DNA of 63,851 bases, counting the filler, from Octopus bimaculoides (lineage: Eukaryota): assembly GCF_001194135.2 (NCBI RefSeq). It is 4 parts of 3 records of this genome, joined end to end, with 100 filler letters (N's around TTAATTAATTAA, not from the genome) between each part and the next. Parts side by side here need not be neighbours in the genome. Positions count along the whole stretch, not along the records: positions 61,823 to 63,851 come from NC_068983.1; 3 more parts are not named here. One strand, written 5' to 3'. The notes under the pieces were generated by a model. It worked only from the letters and a program-made list of their open reading frames with translations, made no database searches and was not told the origin of the DNA. The first letter of the stretch is position 1, and every line of letters starts with the position of its first letter. This document shows positions 62,864-63,851 of the stretch, in pieces. A program made the translations under genes and the position numbers.

Positions 62864-63851
62864 CTATGTTACATCTAAATTTTAGTAAATTTTCTCAGAA
62901 AAATGTATGGAGGAATTTTGTTAAATGGCATATGTATGAACTTCAAAATACTTATATATCAAATATGAATGACACCAAGAAATACATAAATATATAAATT
63001 TGTAAATAATAAATCGAAGAATACAAAAAATATATTCTTGACAATTTTTGTATTATGTTTTTCAGGGATTTTTTAACATTATTTTATTATTCCTTTTCAA
63101 GTATTATTTTAATTTTATATATATTTATTATTGATATATATTTTGTTTTTGGTTTTCTTTAATATGTTTTCAGAATTTTTTTTTTCTCCATATTTCAACA
63201 TAGTAGGCTGTTGGTTTATCTTAGATACATTTTTACTGATATTGAGTCATATAATATCTTATCTAGAAGAATATCAAACTATATAATAAAGCGTTTCAAT
63301 TGTAAAAGATTTAATGCTATTTTTCCCCGACCCAAAATACTTCATGGAGTTTGGGCTACTTGTAAACAGAATAGTTACAATGACATAAAACTATCATTAT
63401 ATGAAGGACTTGCAGTAGTCTCTAGTAAATCATTGGAAAAATAAATTGGCAAATCTTCTATTGTGAATCTGAAAAGTATTTTATTTTTTTTTTTTTTTTT
63501 TACCATTAGAAGAATTGGAGCAAAATATAAAAATGAGTGCTTCACAACAATGACGACAACAGCAATAATATTAATGATGATTATGATGATGGTAATAGCA
63601 AGAATGATGATGATGATAATGATGATGAGGAAGTGAGGGTGGATAATTACAATGAGGGTGATAGTGGTGTGGTGGTAGTAGTGGTGATGGAGGTGGTAGT
63701 TGTGGAGATGACGATGATGTATTTAAACATATATATATATATATATGGACACATATATGTATATATATATATATATACATATATATGTATGTATATATAT
63801 ATACATATATATATGGACACATATATGTATATATATATATATACATATATA

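Noticed and set aside
63211-63444. 77-codon ORF near the window end
   Set aside because: No recognisable domain, AT-rich, and of a length expected by chance; left unannotated.

Overview
AT-rich, microsatellite-laden eukaryotic DNA with many N gaps. The SINE families and repeat style point to an Octopus genome (inference, not a database result). Most entries in the ORF track are artefacts of N runs or microsatellites. One + strand host gene is supported: four phase-compatible exons read by eye (3167-3254, a 31-nt microexon at 15200-15230, 18757-18865 and a terminal exon at 19740-20389). They encode a possible TIR/SEFIR-like fold followed by a PPxY-containing, Tyr-rich tail with a PDZ-type C-terminus; the 5' exons were not found. 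The rest is a dense set of mobile elements: several tRNA-derived SINE families, RTE and R4/Dong-like LINE pieces, a Penelope-like element, a decayed Gypsy pol, two Tc1 elements, one DD41D (rosa-type) mariner, and hAT- and piggyBac-like MITEs. The best unannotated signals are: type I hammerhead ribozyme folds, one in sense orientation inside a host intron and one near-intact in a short non-coding repeat, plus degenerate relatives; a microexon whose 3' end also reads as a splice acceptor; an inverted SINE pair bracketing an exon; a perfect 25-bp hairpin; a reiterated 16-bp LINE 5' junction; and a CpG-retaining block at 33.5-39.7 kb. No rRNA, genuine tRNA gene or CRISPR array was seen.
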